Shown here: positions 1 to 9,131 of the stretch, piece after piece | Layout: every line of letters starts with the position of its first letter | Numbering within the stretch: position 1 is the first letter of the stretch | Source of the DNA: Candidatus Aenigmatarchaeota archaeon | Lineage (GTDB): Archaea; Aenigmatarchaeota; Aenigmatarchaeia; GW2011-AR5 | Assembly (NCBI GenBank): GCA_039091535.1 | Contig: JAWCLW010000003.1 | Span: 2,183 to 66,182, forward strand | Direction: 5' to 3' | DNA length: 64,000 bases | Made by a program: the position numbers and the translations under genes | Notes under the pieces: model-generated | The model's input: the letters and a program-made list of their open reading frames with translations, nothing else | Told to the model about the DNA's origin: nothing | Database searches by the model: none

Positions 1-295
1 CGATAAGCTCTTTATATATCTGACCTGTTGTTATGTTATTTTTTTTAGGAATTTCATAACCAAGAAAACGTTCATAATTTCCTAAATCTTGGTCTATCTC
101 ACCACCATCATCCGTAACCCAAACCTCACCATGCTCTGTTGGTCGCAATGTACCTGCATCAAAATTTATATAAGGATCAATCTTTACAATAGTTACAGAA
201 TATCCATATTCTTGTAGAATTTTACCGATAGAAGAGGCTGCAACACCCTTTCCAACACCTGATATTACTCCACCAACAACAGTAATTATTCTCAT
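1..295 (-). CDS. pyrG: CTP synthase, N-terminal part (gene runs off the window edge)
   Basis: Reverse translation from the ATG at 293-295 gives [77 protein letters not shown]. This is the conserved N-terminal synthetase motif set of CTP synthase. It is not in the ORF track because it has no stop inside the window. Confidence 0.85.
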   Translation of the reverse strand, partial: MRIITVVGGVISGVGKGVAASSIGKILQEYGYSVTIVKIDPYINFDAGTLRPTEHGEVWVTDDGGEIDQDLGNYERFLGYEIPKKNNITTGQIYKELI

Positions 296-469
296 TATCT
301 ATTTCATAGATATAGAAAAATATAAAAATGAATTTTTGAGAATTTATTTGTTATTATTTATATGTTTTGAGTAATTTCGGATTATAATACAAAACAATTA
401 CAAATAAATCACGCAAAATAGCTTAGATTATTCTTATAAATCTTTACGTATTTATAATATTGTGAAATT

Positions 470-1417
470 ATGAAAATTTACTATGCACTTTTGTTTATAA
501 TATGCATATCAATGATTTTTATTACATTTAATTCTCAAATTGAAGATGAACTTAATATTAATATTAAAACTGCTCCAGAATCAAATTTCTTGACGGCTGT
601 AACAACTGAAGAAAAAATAGAATTGAATAATACTTATATAACCGCAAATGGTATGCTTCTGACATTACATGAGATAGAAAATAATGAAAATGTCACAAAA
701 ACAAACATCATAATAGAATTTAATAATGAGAAAAAGACATTTGATGTTTTTATACCACCTTATGAATCATTTACGTATGCAACACTTGATAGTTTTGTTA
801 TTATACCAAAGAGACCTTCCTCTATAAATACATATAATACATCTTATTACAAGATGGGAAATGAACTTTACATTGAATTTCTATCACCTATAGATGAAAT
901 CTATGTATTTCTACCAAACTTGCCTTCACCTGGTATTGTTGTAGCGGATTCAAATATTGAGTGGAGATTTAATGAAAGAATAGTGCATGTAAAGTCAATA
1001 GATGGGTCTTTCTCAAAAGTTACAATGTTCTGGTTTGAACATACAAAACCAGGGACTCTATTTTTGGAAGACACAAAAAATATTGAAAGTATTTTAAATA
1101 ATATATTTATTTTTAACAATAACATAACTTTACTAACTAATAAATTACATACAACAGCAAATTCTGTTGCAATGCTTGAGAAAGAAGTTGAAAATTTGAA
1201 GTCTATGGTTGAAGATGCAAGATCTCAAAAACTATATGTGGAGCACCTTGCAACAAATATGAGTAATAAGAACAAAGAACTCGAGAATGTAGTTACATCA
1301 AATATACTCATGTCTCCAACAACAATATTTGTGGCAATAATAGTGTTTGTGATTATTATTCTATTACTTATTGATGTTATATTCTTTCGTCCAAAAGAGG
1401 TGAAACCCCGTGAATAA
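470..1417 (+). CDS. Hypothetical membrane-anchored coiled-coil protein (paralog of the next gene)
   Basis: 315-aa ORF with an N-terminal hydrophobic segment, an NxS/T-rich ectodomain, a heptad coiled coil, and a C-terminal TM (TTIFVAIIVFVIIILLLIDVIFF) plus basic tail. No family recognised. Confidence 0.5.
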   Translation: MKIYYALLFIICISMIFITFNSQIEDELNINIKTAPESNFLTAVTTEEKIELNNTYITANGMLLTLHEIENNENVTKTNIIIEFNNEKKTFDVFIPPYESFTYATLDSFVIIPKRPSSINTYNTSYYKMGNELYIEFLSPIDEIYVFLPNLPSPGIVVADSNIEWRFNERIVHVKSIDGSFSKVTMFWFEHTKPGTLFLEDTKNIESILNNIFIFNNNITLLTNKLHTTANSVAMLEKEVENLKSMVEDARSQKLYVEHLATNMSNKNKELENVVTSNILMSPTTIFVAIIVFVIIILLLIDVIFFRPKEVKPRE

Positions 1418-1946
1418 AATAGCAATGATATTTATTATTCTAATGGTATCAAGTGTAGCTAGTGCAAGAATAATTGATTTAAATGAAAATAATATAGTTA
1501 ATGGTGCAATTTCTCAAAATGGCTCTTTGTATAAAGTACTCTTTGCTACAGAAACATTTTCGAATAACTTATTTTTTAAGCGTATAATTGTTGAAAATGA
1601 AACAAAAATAATAGAACTTCAGAATGAAATAAATAATTTACGCTCCAAAATTAATGGATTGCAAAATGAAATAAATGCATTAGAGAATAAAACAATAGAA
1701 TTAAATGAAATAAGAAAAAATAATGAGATGGTATTAGAAAATTTAAAGACACAGAGAGAATTTTATGAAAATTTAATAGTTTCATTGGAATCACAAAAAA
1801 ATGAATTGGAGAATAAACTAACAAGTAATGTAGTTATTTCACCAACAGCGTATAGAATTGGAATAATAGTATTTGCAATTCTGATAGTTATTTTAATTTT
1901 GTTGAAAATTAATGATATATTCTTCAAAAAAAGAGAAGAAAAATGA
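1410..1946 (+). CDS. Hypothetical secreted/tail-anchored coiled-coil protein (paralog of the previous gene)
   Basis: GTG start about 6 nt after GAGGTGA. Signal-peptide-like N-terminus (ILMVSSVASA) and a LQNEIN-type heptad coiled coil. The C-terminal TSNVVISPT-TM-FFKKREEK aligns with TSNILMSPT-TM-FFRPKE of the upstream ORF. Confidence 0.5.
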   Translation: MNKIAMIFIILMVSSVASARIIDLNENNIVNGAISQNGSLYKVLFATETFSNNLFFKRIIVENETKIIELQNEINNLRSKINGLQNEINALENKTIELNEIRKNNEMVLENLKTQREFYENLIVSLESQKNELENKLTSNVVISPTAYRIGIIVFAILIVILILLKINDIFFKKREEK

Positions 1947-2018
1947 TTTTTTGATTCTGAAAGATTTATATTGGATACAATAAAAATCTTTATTTACTAC
2001 TGAAATGCTATTTTAATC

Positions 2019-2171
2019 ATGCGAATTACAATATCAAAATGTTATGCTTGCAAAAAAAATCGTCTTGTTGATAGGATTGATGAAAAGTGGATATGTTTTG
2101 CATGCAAGCAGAAACTTCATATGAGTCATAGACCAAAGCCGCTCACAGAATTTGCTGTGATTAATAATTAA
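2019..2171 (+). CDS. Small zinc-ribbon protein (50 aa), below the ORF-track cutoff
   Basis: ATG at 2019, TAA at 2169-2171. Sequence: MRITISKCYACKKNRLVDRIDEKWICFACKQKLHMSHRPKPLTEFAVINN. CxxC-x14-CxxC layout. Clear paralog at 17441-17554. A TATA-like CTTTATTTA lies about 25 nt upstream, so the transcript may be leaderless. Confidence 0.4.
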   Translation: MRITISKCYACKKNRLVDRIDEKWICFACKQKLHMSHRPKPLTEFAVINN

Positions 2172-2217
2172 TTCTTTTATTTATTTTGTCACTCTTGATA
2201 AGCAAATTTATATTATA

Positions 2218-3429
2218 TTATATGATCACACCATATCCAATTAGATGCCATCTACCTCCAACCTGAGAAGAAATAGCAACTTTGTCATCTTTGTCAGCAC
2301 AAACAGGTATTTTTAATTTTATATGTATAATATTTTTTTTAATTTCTTTGACAATACCAACTGTTTTTGCAATGGCAACAGTAAGCATTAATACGTCATC
2401 TGGTTTTATATCCGGTACTTTTTGCTGACCTTCAACTCCAATAACATGGTCAAACAATTCTATTTTTAATGTTAATTCATTAAATATTGGAGGCATTCTT
2501 TCTGGTAGACCAACAACATTTCCAACAAGTCCATCACTCCTTGTAAGAGATGGATCAAGCTCTGTTTGAAGTGCAACAAGTCCACCAGGTCTTGCTTTAT
2601 CTGTTTTTATAGATTGTACAATCTCAACTATTTTTGTTCTTAATGGCAACCAATTTTCATTTATTTTTACACCAGGTCTTATTTCTATTTCATCGCCAAC
2701 CCTTAGCACACCTTGTATAAGTGAACCACCAATAACACCACCTTTTAAATCTTCTATAGATGTTCCTGGTTTGTTTACATCAAATGAACGTGCAACATAA
2801 AAAATAGGATCTTTATTAAGGTCTCTTTTAGGTGTTGGTATATATTTTTCTATTGCCTCTATTAATGCATCTATGTTTGCATTATGTATTGCACTTATAG
2901 GTATTATTTGTGCATTTTCAGCCACAGTCCCTTTTATAAATTCTTTAATTTCCTCATAATTTTTTATAGCATCTTCTTCACTTACAAGATCAATTTTATT
3001 TTGTGCTATCACAACATTTTTTATACCAACAATATCTAAAGCCTTTAGATGCTCTGCTGTCTGTGGTTGTGGACACTTTTCATCAGCAGATATAACTAGT
3101 ATTGCTCCATCCATAAGTGATGCACCAGATAAAACAGTTGCCATTAATGTTTCATGACCAGGTGCATCAACAAAAGAGACGGTACGAGTTGGTTCTGTAC
3201 TTCCAAAACATTTTGGACATTTTTCGGTTGTTGAATATAAATTACAATTTTTACAATAATAAAATGTTGCATTTGCATATCCAAGACGTATTGTAATTCC
3301 ACGTTTCATTTCTTCGCTATGTGTATCTGTCCATTTCCCTGTAAGTGCTTGAGTAAGTGTTGTTTTTCCATGATCCACATGACCAACAAGACCAATATTA
3401 ATTTCAGGTATTTGTGTGAAATTTATCAC
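2218..3429 (-). CDS. eif2g: Translation initiation factor aIF2 gamma subunit
   Basis: GTPase motifs GHVDHGKTTL, DAPGHE and NKIDL, plus the zinc-ribbon insert CKNCNLYSTTEKCPKC typical of a/eIF2-gamma. Length 403 aa. Confidence 0.95.
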   Translation of the reverse strand: MINFTQIPEINIGLVGHVDHGKTTLTQALTGKWTDTHSEEMKRGITIRLGYANATFYYCKNCNLYSTTEKCPKCFGSTEPTRTVSFVDAPGHETLMATVLSGASLMDGAILVISADEKCPQPQTAEHLKALDIVGIKNVVIAQNKIDLVSEEDAIKNYEEIKEFIKGTVAENAQIIPISAIHNANIDALIEAIEKYIPTPKRDLNKDPIFYVARSFDVNKPGTSIEDLKGGVIGGSLIQGVLRVGDEIEIRPGVKINENWLPLRTKIVEIVQSIKTDKARPGGLVALQTELDPSLTRSDGLVGNVVGLPERMPPIFNELTLKIELFDHVIGVEGQQKVPDIKPDDVLMLTVAIAKTVGIVKEIKKNIIHIKLKIPVCADKDDKVAISSQVGGRWHLIGYGVII

Positions 3430-3611
3430 CTCTTATATTTTGATATTATTTTTCTGATTGAAATATAACTTTTACAATCTATGTCATTTCCATTACATTT
3501 TTTACAATCTCTCAATTCTGTAAACTCTTTATATTTTTCATTTTTATTTATATCTTCTATTTTTTCAATATATTTCCAAACACAGATGTCATTTTTCATT
3601 TTTCTCACCAT
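3426..3611 (-). CDS. Small Cys-containing hypothetical protein in the S6e-aIF2gamma operon
   Basis: 61-aa ORF abutting rps6e (3611/3612) and overlapping the aIF2-gamma start by 4 nt. Four Cys, including CKKCNGNDIDC. No family recognised. Confidence 0.4.
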   Translation of the reverse strand: MVRKMKNDICVWKYIEKIEDINKNEKYKEFTELRDCKKCNGNDIDCKSYISIRKIISKYKR

Positions 3612-3992
3612 TTATTGATTATTTTTCTTACCAAGCAATTCCTCAAGATTTGTTTCACCTTTGACTATTTTACAGTTTATTTGAACTATATCTGTACTTA
3701 TTGTATTCCCTCTTATAGTTTTTCTTTTTCGCATACCATCTTTTTTTGTATGAAATCCTATATCATTTGTCAAAATTAATTTTTTCTTAACAACACCTTC
3801 TACATACTTTATCATAGGAAATCCATCCCTATCAGAGCCACCTGTTATCAATAATTCACAACCAGGTAAACCAAGAAAATCACCAGCGATTATGTCCCCT
3901 ATCTTCTTTCCAATAATTGGGCAATCTTTTTGGTCTTTCTCTATTTGATAAGATTTGTCTCCTTGAGATATTACAAATTTGAATACTGCCAT
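3612..3992 (-). CDS. rps6e: 30S ribosomal protein S6e
   Basis: MAVFKFVISQGDKSYQIE...GGSDRDGFPM...RKRKTIRGN matches the archaeal S6e pattern. The start was moved to the ATG at 3992, which is preceded by GGTGAAATAT (SD). The track ORF extends to 4019. Confidence 0.9.
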   Translation of the reverse strand: MAVFKFVISQGDKSYQIEKDQKDCPIIGKKIGDIIAGDFLGLPGCELLITGGSDRDGFPMIKYVEGVVKKKLILTNDIGFHTKKDGMRKRKTIRGNTISTDIVQINCKIVKGETNLEELLGKKNNQ

Positions 3993-4160
3993 ATATTTCA
4001 CCTTTATTATTTTGCCCAACAGAAAAAACTAGAAATCCTTTTACCCAGTTTTTCCAGCCGGGCTTTTCTAAATAAATAGAATGAAAAGTTTATAAAGATT
4101 TCCCGATAGAATACAATTCTTTTAAAAAATATTTTAATATTGATTTTCTTTGTTTTTCTA

Positions 4161-4424
4161 TTAAGAGTATGATTTACCACTTTCTATCTTTTTTATTATA
4201 CGCATTTTTTTCGATTTTATATATTCTATTTTATTTAAGAGATCTTCCAATTCATCCGATAAAATTAATTTTCCAATTCCAGTATATCCTATACCACTTT
4301 TAATAAATTTCTTTAAGATATTATCAAAGCAATAAGGACTTATGTTATTTTCCATTTTACTTAAATTTTTAATATATCTATTGCATAATCTTTTTAGATT
4401 TGATGAATAATCATCCTTTTTCAA
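4161..4424 (-). CDS. Hypothetical protein
   Basis: 87-aa ORF with a TTG start in the track. The frame stays open further upstream without an ATG. No motif recognised. Confidence 0.3.
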   Translation of the reverse strand: MKKDDYSSNLKRLCNRYIKNLSKMENNISPYCFDNILKKFIKSGIGYTGIGKLILSDELEDLLNKIEYIKSKKMRIIKKIESGKSYS

Positions 4425-4571
4425 TGATAATAATGTCTCGTATATTAATTTAAATTCATTTTTTCTGTATTCCTTAATGTCTATTGTACACGGTATTTCT
4501 ATTTCTAATCTTCATAAGAAATAAGGATTATCTAAAAGTATTTAATACTTTTTTATTATTGTATTTTATTG

Positions 4572-5354
4572 ATGAAAAAAATTACTACCAAAAAGTATTT
4601 AATAATTTTGATATATAATATTTTAATGTCAAGAAGAATATTGAAAGCATGTGCTTATAATGATAGCAGATATTACTATAATAGACTAATGGAAAAACCA
4701 TTAATAAGTGTTCCACCACAGATCGATAAAATAACTGGATTAAATTTATCAGAAATATTGACATATTATATTTCAAAAGATTTTGCAGATAAATATTACA
4801 AAAAAATAAAATTAAATTTTGAAGATATAAATAACATAATCAACAATTGTATAAAGACAAAAGATCAAATTTCAAAAGATGGATATGAAATTCTTGATAT
4901 CAAAAACCCAATGAATAAAACAGAAGAGGATAAAAGAAAGATAAAAAATAATATTTTTTATTTATTCTCTATAAATTCTATTAAAGATATATTTTATATC
5001 TCCACAATAAATCTTTCTTTTAATACCATTTTTGATAAAAATATAAATGAGTGTGATATGTTTGAATTAAATCTAGAAATAGATGGCGAATTTTCAAGAA
5101 CTAGAACAAATTATCTTAGAAATATATTGGATACATGCAAAAAATATGAATTATTAATAATAGAACATATGATCGAAGATGAAGAAGAAAAACAAGATCT
5201 TTATATAGATGATGCAATAATATCAAAAGCAATGAAAAAATTTCTCAATGACCTGATTCTTGATACCCTTGATAAAAAAATGTCTGAAATTGAAAAGTTT
5301 ATAAGGTTAGTTTTTGTAAAATCAGGGCCAATAAAAGTAATTCATGAAGAATAA
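4572..5354 (+). CDS. Hypothetical protein
   Basis: 260-aa ORF, Lys/Asn/Ile-rich, no recognisable domain. Abuts the rtcB stop convergently. Confidence 0.4.
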   Translation: MKKITTKKYLIILIYNILMSRRILKACAYNDSRYYYNRLMEKPLISVPPQIDKITGLNLSEILTYYISKDFADKYYKKIKLNFEDINNIINNCIKTKDQISKDGYEILDIKNPMNKTEEDKRKIKNNIFYLFSINSIKDIFYISTINLSFNTIFDKNINECDMFELNLEIDGEFSRTRTNYLRNILDTCKKYELLIIEHMIEDEEEKQDLYIDDAIISKAMKKFLNDLILDTLDKKMSEIEKFIRLVFVKSGPIKVIHEE

Positions 5355-6785
5355 TTATCCTTTTATATTTCCAATTGGTCTTAATCTTACGACTTTTTTT
5401 GCAATATTAGCCTTGTCCATAACTTCTACAACTTCCGAAACGTCTTTATATGCATTAGGCGCTTCTTCAGCCAATCCCGGAAGGCTATGACATTTTACAT
5501 ATATACCTTTGCTTTCTAACTCATGAATTAACCTATCACCTCTGAATTGCTTTTTTGCTCCAATTCTACTCATAGTTCTTCCAGCACCATGACATGATGA
5601 GCCAAATGTTAAGCGCATACCATAATCTGTACCACGTAGAATATACGATGCTGTTCCCATTGTTCCACCAATTATTACAACTTGACCAATATCTCTATGG
5701 TCATGCGGTATTTCTTCTCTATTTGGACCAAATGCACGTGTACTCCCTTTTCTATGGACATATAATTTTTTTATCTTTCCATTTATTTCATGCTTTTCTA
5801 TTTTGCACGAGTTATGAACAATATCATAAAGAGTTTTTACTTCACAACCTGGAAATATCTTTGTAAATTGTTCTCGAACAAGATGCGCAATCACTTGACG
5901 ATTTGCATAAGCATAGTTTAATGCACAACACATCGCAGAATAATATTTTTGACCTTCTTCTGAATTTATAGGCGCACATACAAGCTCACGATCTCTTATT
6001 TTTATTCCATATTTTCGTGATGCTTGATCGAGAACATGAAGATAATCTGTCCCGATCTGATGTCCAAGTGCTCGTGAACCGCAGTGAATTGAAATTAGAA
6101 TTTGATTTTTCTGCAAGTCATACACCCTTGCAGCATTTTCATCATAAATCTCATCAACATATTGAACCTCTAGATAATGATTTCCAGATCCGAGCGTTCC
6201 AACTTGCCCACGTTCACGTTTTTTTGCAGTTTCACTTACATTATTTGGATCAGCACCATCTATGCTTCCATTTTCTTCTGTATGCTCTAAATCATCTTTC
6301 GTTCCATAACCTTTTTCAACAACAAATTTTGCACCTTTTCTATATAATTCATCTGCCTCACTTCGAGATAATCTTATTTCACCTTCGCATCCAAGACCAG
6401 CAGGAACTGTTTTAAAAAGTGCATCCACAACTTGCTTTATTTTTGGTTTTACATCATTAAGCATAAGGTTTGTTTTTAATGTGCGAACACCACATCCACC
6501 ATCAAATCCAACACCACCTACAGTAATTACACCTCCATTGTCAGGATCAAATGCACCAACACCACCTATTGGAAAACCATAACCCCAATGTGCATCTGGC
6601 ATTGCTAGAGATGCTTTTTGAATTCCCGGAAGTGATGCAACATTTGTAACTTGTTCCCAAACCTTATCATCCATTTCACGTATTAATTTTTCATCTGCAA
6701 CAATAAGTCCAGGAACTAGCATTTCGCCTGTTTTTTCAATTTGCCATTCAAAATCACTAATTTTTTTGAATTTATTTATGTCCAT
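5355..6785 (-). CDS. rtcB: RNA-splicing ligase RtcB
   Basis: Motifs PDAHWGYGFPIGGV, GSGNHYLEVQ, IHCGSRALGHQ, HNSCKIEKH and GSSCHGAGR. 476 aa, with no intein-sized insertion. Confidence 0.95.
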   Translation of the reverse strand: MDINKFKKISDFEWQIEKTGEMLVPGLIVADEKLIREMDDKVWEQVTNVASLPGIQKASLAMPDAHWGYGFPIGGVGAFDPDNGGVITVGGVGFDGGCGVRTLKTNLMLNDVKPKIKQVVDALFKTVPAGLGCEGEIRLSRSEADELYRKGAKFVVEKGYGTKDDLEHTEENGSIDGADPNNVSETAKKRERGQVGTLGSGNHYLEVQYVDEIYDENAARVYDLQKNQILISIHCGSRALGHQIGTDYLHVLDQASRKYGIKIRDRELVCAPINSEEGQKYYSAMCCALNYAYANRQVIAHLVREQFTKIFPGCEVKTLYDIVHNSCKIEKHEINGKIKKLYVHRKGSTRAFGPNREEIPHDHRDIGQVVIIGGTMGTASYILRGTDYGMRLTFGSSCHGAGRTMSRIGAKKQFRGDRLIHELESKGIYVKCHSLPGLAEEAPNAYKDVSEVVEVMDKANIAKKVVRLRPIGNIKG

Positions 6786-6949
6786 TCTATCACCTTATAA
6801 CTAATATGTGTGAGAAATAAATTTGAAGTTCACACATACCCTATCCCTATGGAAATATGGCTCTTACTTCCATTCATGGAAGGTATGTATGATAGCAGTA
6901 ATTATGAAAGTGAAAATTTATAAATATTATTTTAAAGTGCGAAATTTCC

Positions 6950-7366
6950 TTAAACATCAACAACACATTGAACAATGAACTTATCACCACTTTTTTCAAC
7001 TTTTAATTGTGAGAATGTAGCCGCCTTTACCTCTAATTTTAATTCATGCTTTTCTGGATTTCTCTTTTCGCCAAATGCATACCCGGACAATTTATATTTA
7101 TTATTCTTTTTTATTTTAATTTTAAAATCAGAAAAGAAAAATCTATTAATATCCGCTTCTGCTAATAATGTATTAAGAAATTCTATAAAAAGGCCTGCAT
7201 CATCATCTGCTTCACATTTTATTTCTATTTTACTTTTTTTATCAACATTTTTTATATTACCCATAACACCAAACATAGCTTTTGCTGCTTCTTGAAATGC
7301 CTCTTCTAATGTTTTTCCAAAACCTCTTATGCCTATGTCAGCACGATGATCAAAATATTCATACAT
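6950..7366 (-). CDS. Archease (RtcB activator)
   Basis: MYEYFDHRADIGIRGFGKTLEEAFQEAAKAM and a C-terminal KAATFSQLKV pattern typical of archease. Lies immediately upstream of rtcB on the same strand. Confidence 0.9.
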   Translation of the reverse strand: MYEYFDHRADIGIRGFGKTLEEAFQEAAKAMFGVMGNIKNVDKKSKIEIKCEADDDAGLFIEFLNTLLAEADINRFFFSDFKIKIKKNNKYKLSGYAFGEKRNPEKHELKLEVKAATFSQLKVEKSGDKFIVQCVVDV

Positions 7367-7549
7367 ATTTTACCAACAATCATTTATTTTTCTGATATTT
7401 ATATACATGAATAACTTGAAAATGTTAAATAAATAAAAATTAAAATTATCTTTTTTTCTTATAAATTCTTTCCCATCCTTTTTTATATCCCTTATAGTGT
7501 TTTTTCTTTCTTTCAAAGACCTCTAAGTCAACCATCCTTTATCACAAAT

Positions 7550-7996
7550 TTATTTTAATGCTAAAAGAGTTTTCAACTCAGCTATGTGTTCTTGTTCATC
7601 CATGATTATGTGCCTTACTTCATGTTCTAATTTCCAAAATTCATAAGGTAAGCTTTCTTTTAGTTCATTTATCTTTTTCAGGATTTTTGTATAGAAATCA
7701 ACTGCATCTTTTTCATCCTTTAAGTTTATCTCTAAAATTTCTTTTATTGTTTTTGCTGGTTTCGTCTTCGCTATACCCATTGATGGGACTCCTCCAAGAA
7801 AATTACCAATAAGTGTTCTAAATTTCTTCTGGTGCTCTTCCTCGTCATTTGCAATTTCCTTTAGTCTCGCGATTATTGGTTCTGCATTTAATCCATCAAC
7901 CAGTTCTACATGACTTAGATATTGTACATAGGCCGCATGCTCTAATTCTAAGGCTTGATTTAATAGTTTTATCAATTCTTCTGTTACTTTAGACAT
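7550..7996 (-). CDS. Ferritin-like (bacterioferritin/Dps-like) di-iron protein
   Basis: Four-helix-bundle style ligand motifs LELEHAAYVQY, DEEEHQKKF, DEKDAVDFY and MDEQEHIAEL. Last gene of the perR-sod operon. Confidence 0.7.
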   Translation of the reverse strand: MSKVTEELIKLLNQALELEHAAYVQYLSHVELVDGLNAEPIIARLKEIANDEEEHQKKFRTLIGNFLGGVPSMGIAKTKPAKTIKEILEINLKDEKDAVDFYTKILKKINELKESLPYEFWKLEHEVRHIIMDEQEHIAELKTLLALK

Positions 7997-8024
7997 TTAT
8001 TTACACCTCCAAATTTTTAATTAT

Positions 8025-8615
8025 CTATTTGTTTAATGCATTCTTAAATCTATTTATTAAAACCTTCCAATTAATTGCTTTGAAAAAGTTTTCTATATAA
8101 TCTGCACGTCTCAATCCATAATCTATCATGTATGCATGCTCAAACACATCCATAATCAATATTGGAATATTTTCAACAAGATGACCAACATCATGCTCAT
8201 TAATCCATACATTTAGAAGTATATGTGCTTTTGGGTCATAATATAAAATCACCCAACCAATCCCACGCATTGTTCCTATTGTCTTGAAATCTTTTTCCCA
8301 GTTTTCAAATGAACCAAAATCTTTTTCTATTTTTTTAAATAATTCTGAATTTCTATCTATTTCTGAAAATTCTTTTGTTATATTTTCAAAATAAAGTTCA
8401 TGTAATCTCATACCGTTGAATTCCCAACAAAATCTGCGCTTAAGTTCTGCAAATTCTATTATTTTACCTTCTTTTATAAGATTATTTAATGTCTCAAGAA
8501 TTTTGTTTGTATTTGTTACATACCCCTGATATAAAATAAAATGGTTTTTCAAAAGTTGTTCACTAAATCCACTTATTCCAAGTAAATAATCAAAATTTTT
8601 GGGTTCGTATGTCAT
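8025..8615 (-). CDS. sod: Fe/Mn superoxide dismutase
   Basis: Metal-ligand contexts NHFILYQGYV, NGMRLHELYF and the signature DVFEHAYMIDYG. 196 aa. Confidence 0.9.
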   Translation of the reverse strand: MTYEPKNFDYLLGISGFSEQLLKNHFILYQGYVTNTNKILETLNNLIKEGKIIEFAELKRRFCWEFNGMRLHELYFENITKEFSEIDRNSELFKKIEKDFGSFENWEKDFKTIGTMRGIGWVILYYDPKAHILLNVWINEHDVGHLVENIPILIMDVFEHAYMIDYGLRRADYIENFFKAINWKVLINRFKNALNK

Positions 8616-9055
8616 ATTCTCATCTCTTCTAATACTTTACCAACTCTTCTGCAATTTTTGCACGTCCCATAAAAAACAAAAGAATAATCATAAATTTTAA
8701 ATCCACATTTTTTTATCACATCTTTTTTAAATATAATTCTTACAGGTATATCTATGTCATAAATATTTTTGCAATTTTTGCATACAAAGTGTTTATGATT
8801 TTTTGGATTCCCATCAAATCTACTAATTTCTCCTTCAAATTCTTGTATCATTCCAAGTTCTTTCAACACTCTCAGATTTCTATAAACTGTTCCAAGGCTT
8901 ATATTAGGAATTTTCCATTTGACAATTTCATAAATTTGACTTGCTGTTGGATGCGTCTTTACTTTTCTTAATTCATTTAATATAATTTTCCTCTGTTTTG
9001 TTAATCTCATTTTATTTTCCTTAATCTTTTTTTCAAAATTTTCTTCATTTTTCAT
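8612..9055 (-). CDS. Fur-family (PerR-like) transcriptional regulator
   Basis: RLTKQRKIILNEL...HPTASQIY...SLGTVYRNLRVLKELGMI wHTH, followed by HHKHFVCKNCKNIYDI and GTCKNC structural-zinc CxxC pairs. Confidence 0.85.
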   Translation of the reverse strand: MKNEENFEKKIKENKMRLTKQRKIILNELRKVKTHPTASQIYEIVKWKIPNISLGTVYRNLRVLKELGMIQEFEGEISRFDGNPKNHKHFVCKNCKNIYDIDIPVRIIFKKDVIKKCGFKIYDYSFVFYGTCKNCRRVGKVLEEMRI

Positions 9056-9131
9056 AGATTCACTTTATTGATAATAGTAATTATTACTATTAATAGAAAA
9101 TTATTTAAATATTTGCTAAAAAATAAAAAAT

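Noticed and set aside
5594-6415. ORFs of 90 aa and 132 aa on the plus strand inside rtcB
   Set aside because: They are antisense to a confidently identified gene. They have a His/Leu/Phe-rich low-complexity composition typical of antisense frames and no motifs.
5355-6785. Inteins in RtcB, RFC large subunit, aIF2-gamma or primase
   Set aside because: All have ordinary lengths with contiguous conserved motifs, and no insertion with intein block A/B or HNF-type motifs was seen.
6975-7295. 106-aa plus-strand ORF inside archease
   Set aside because: It is antisense to archease. It has Ser/Phe/Leu-rich composition, no start context and no motif.
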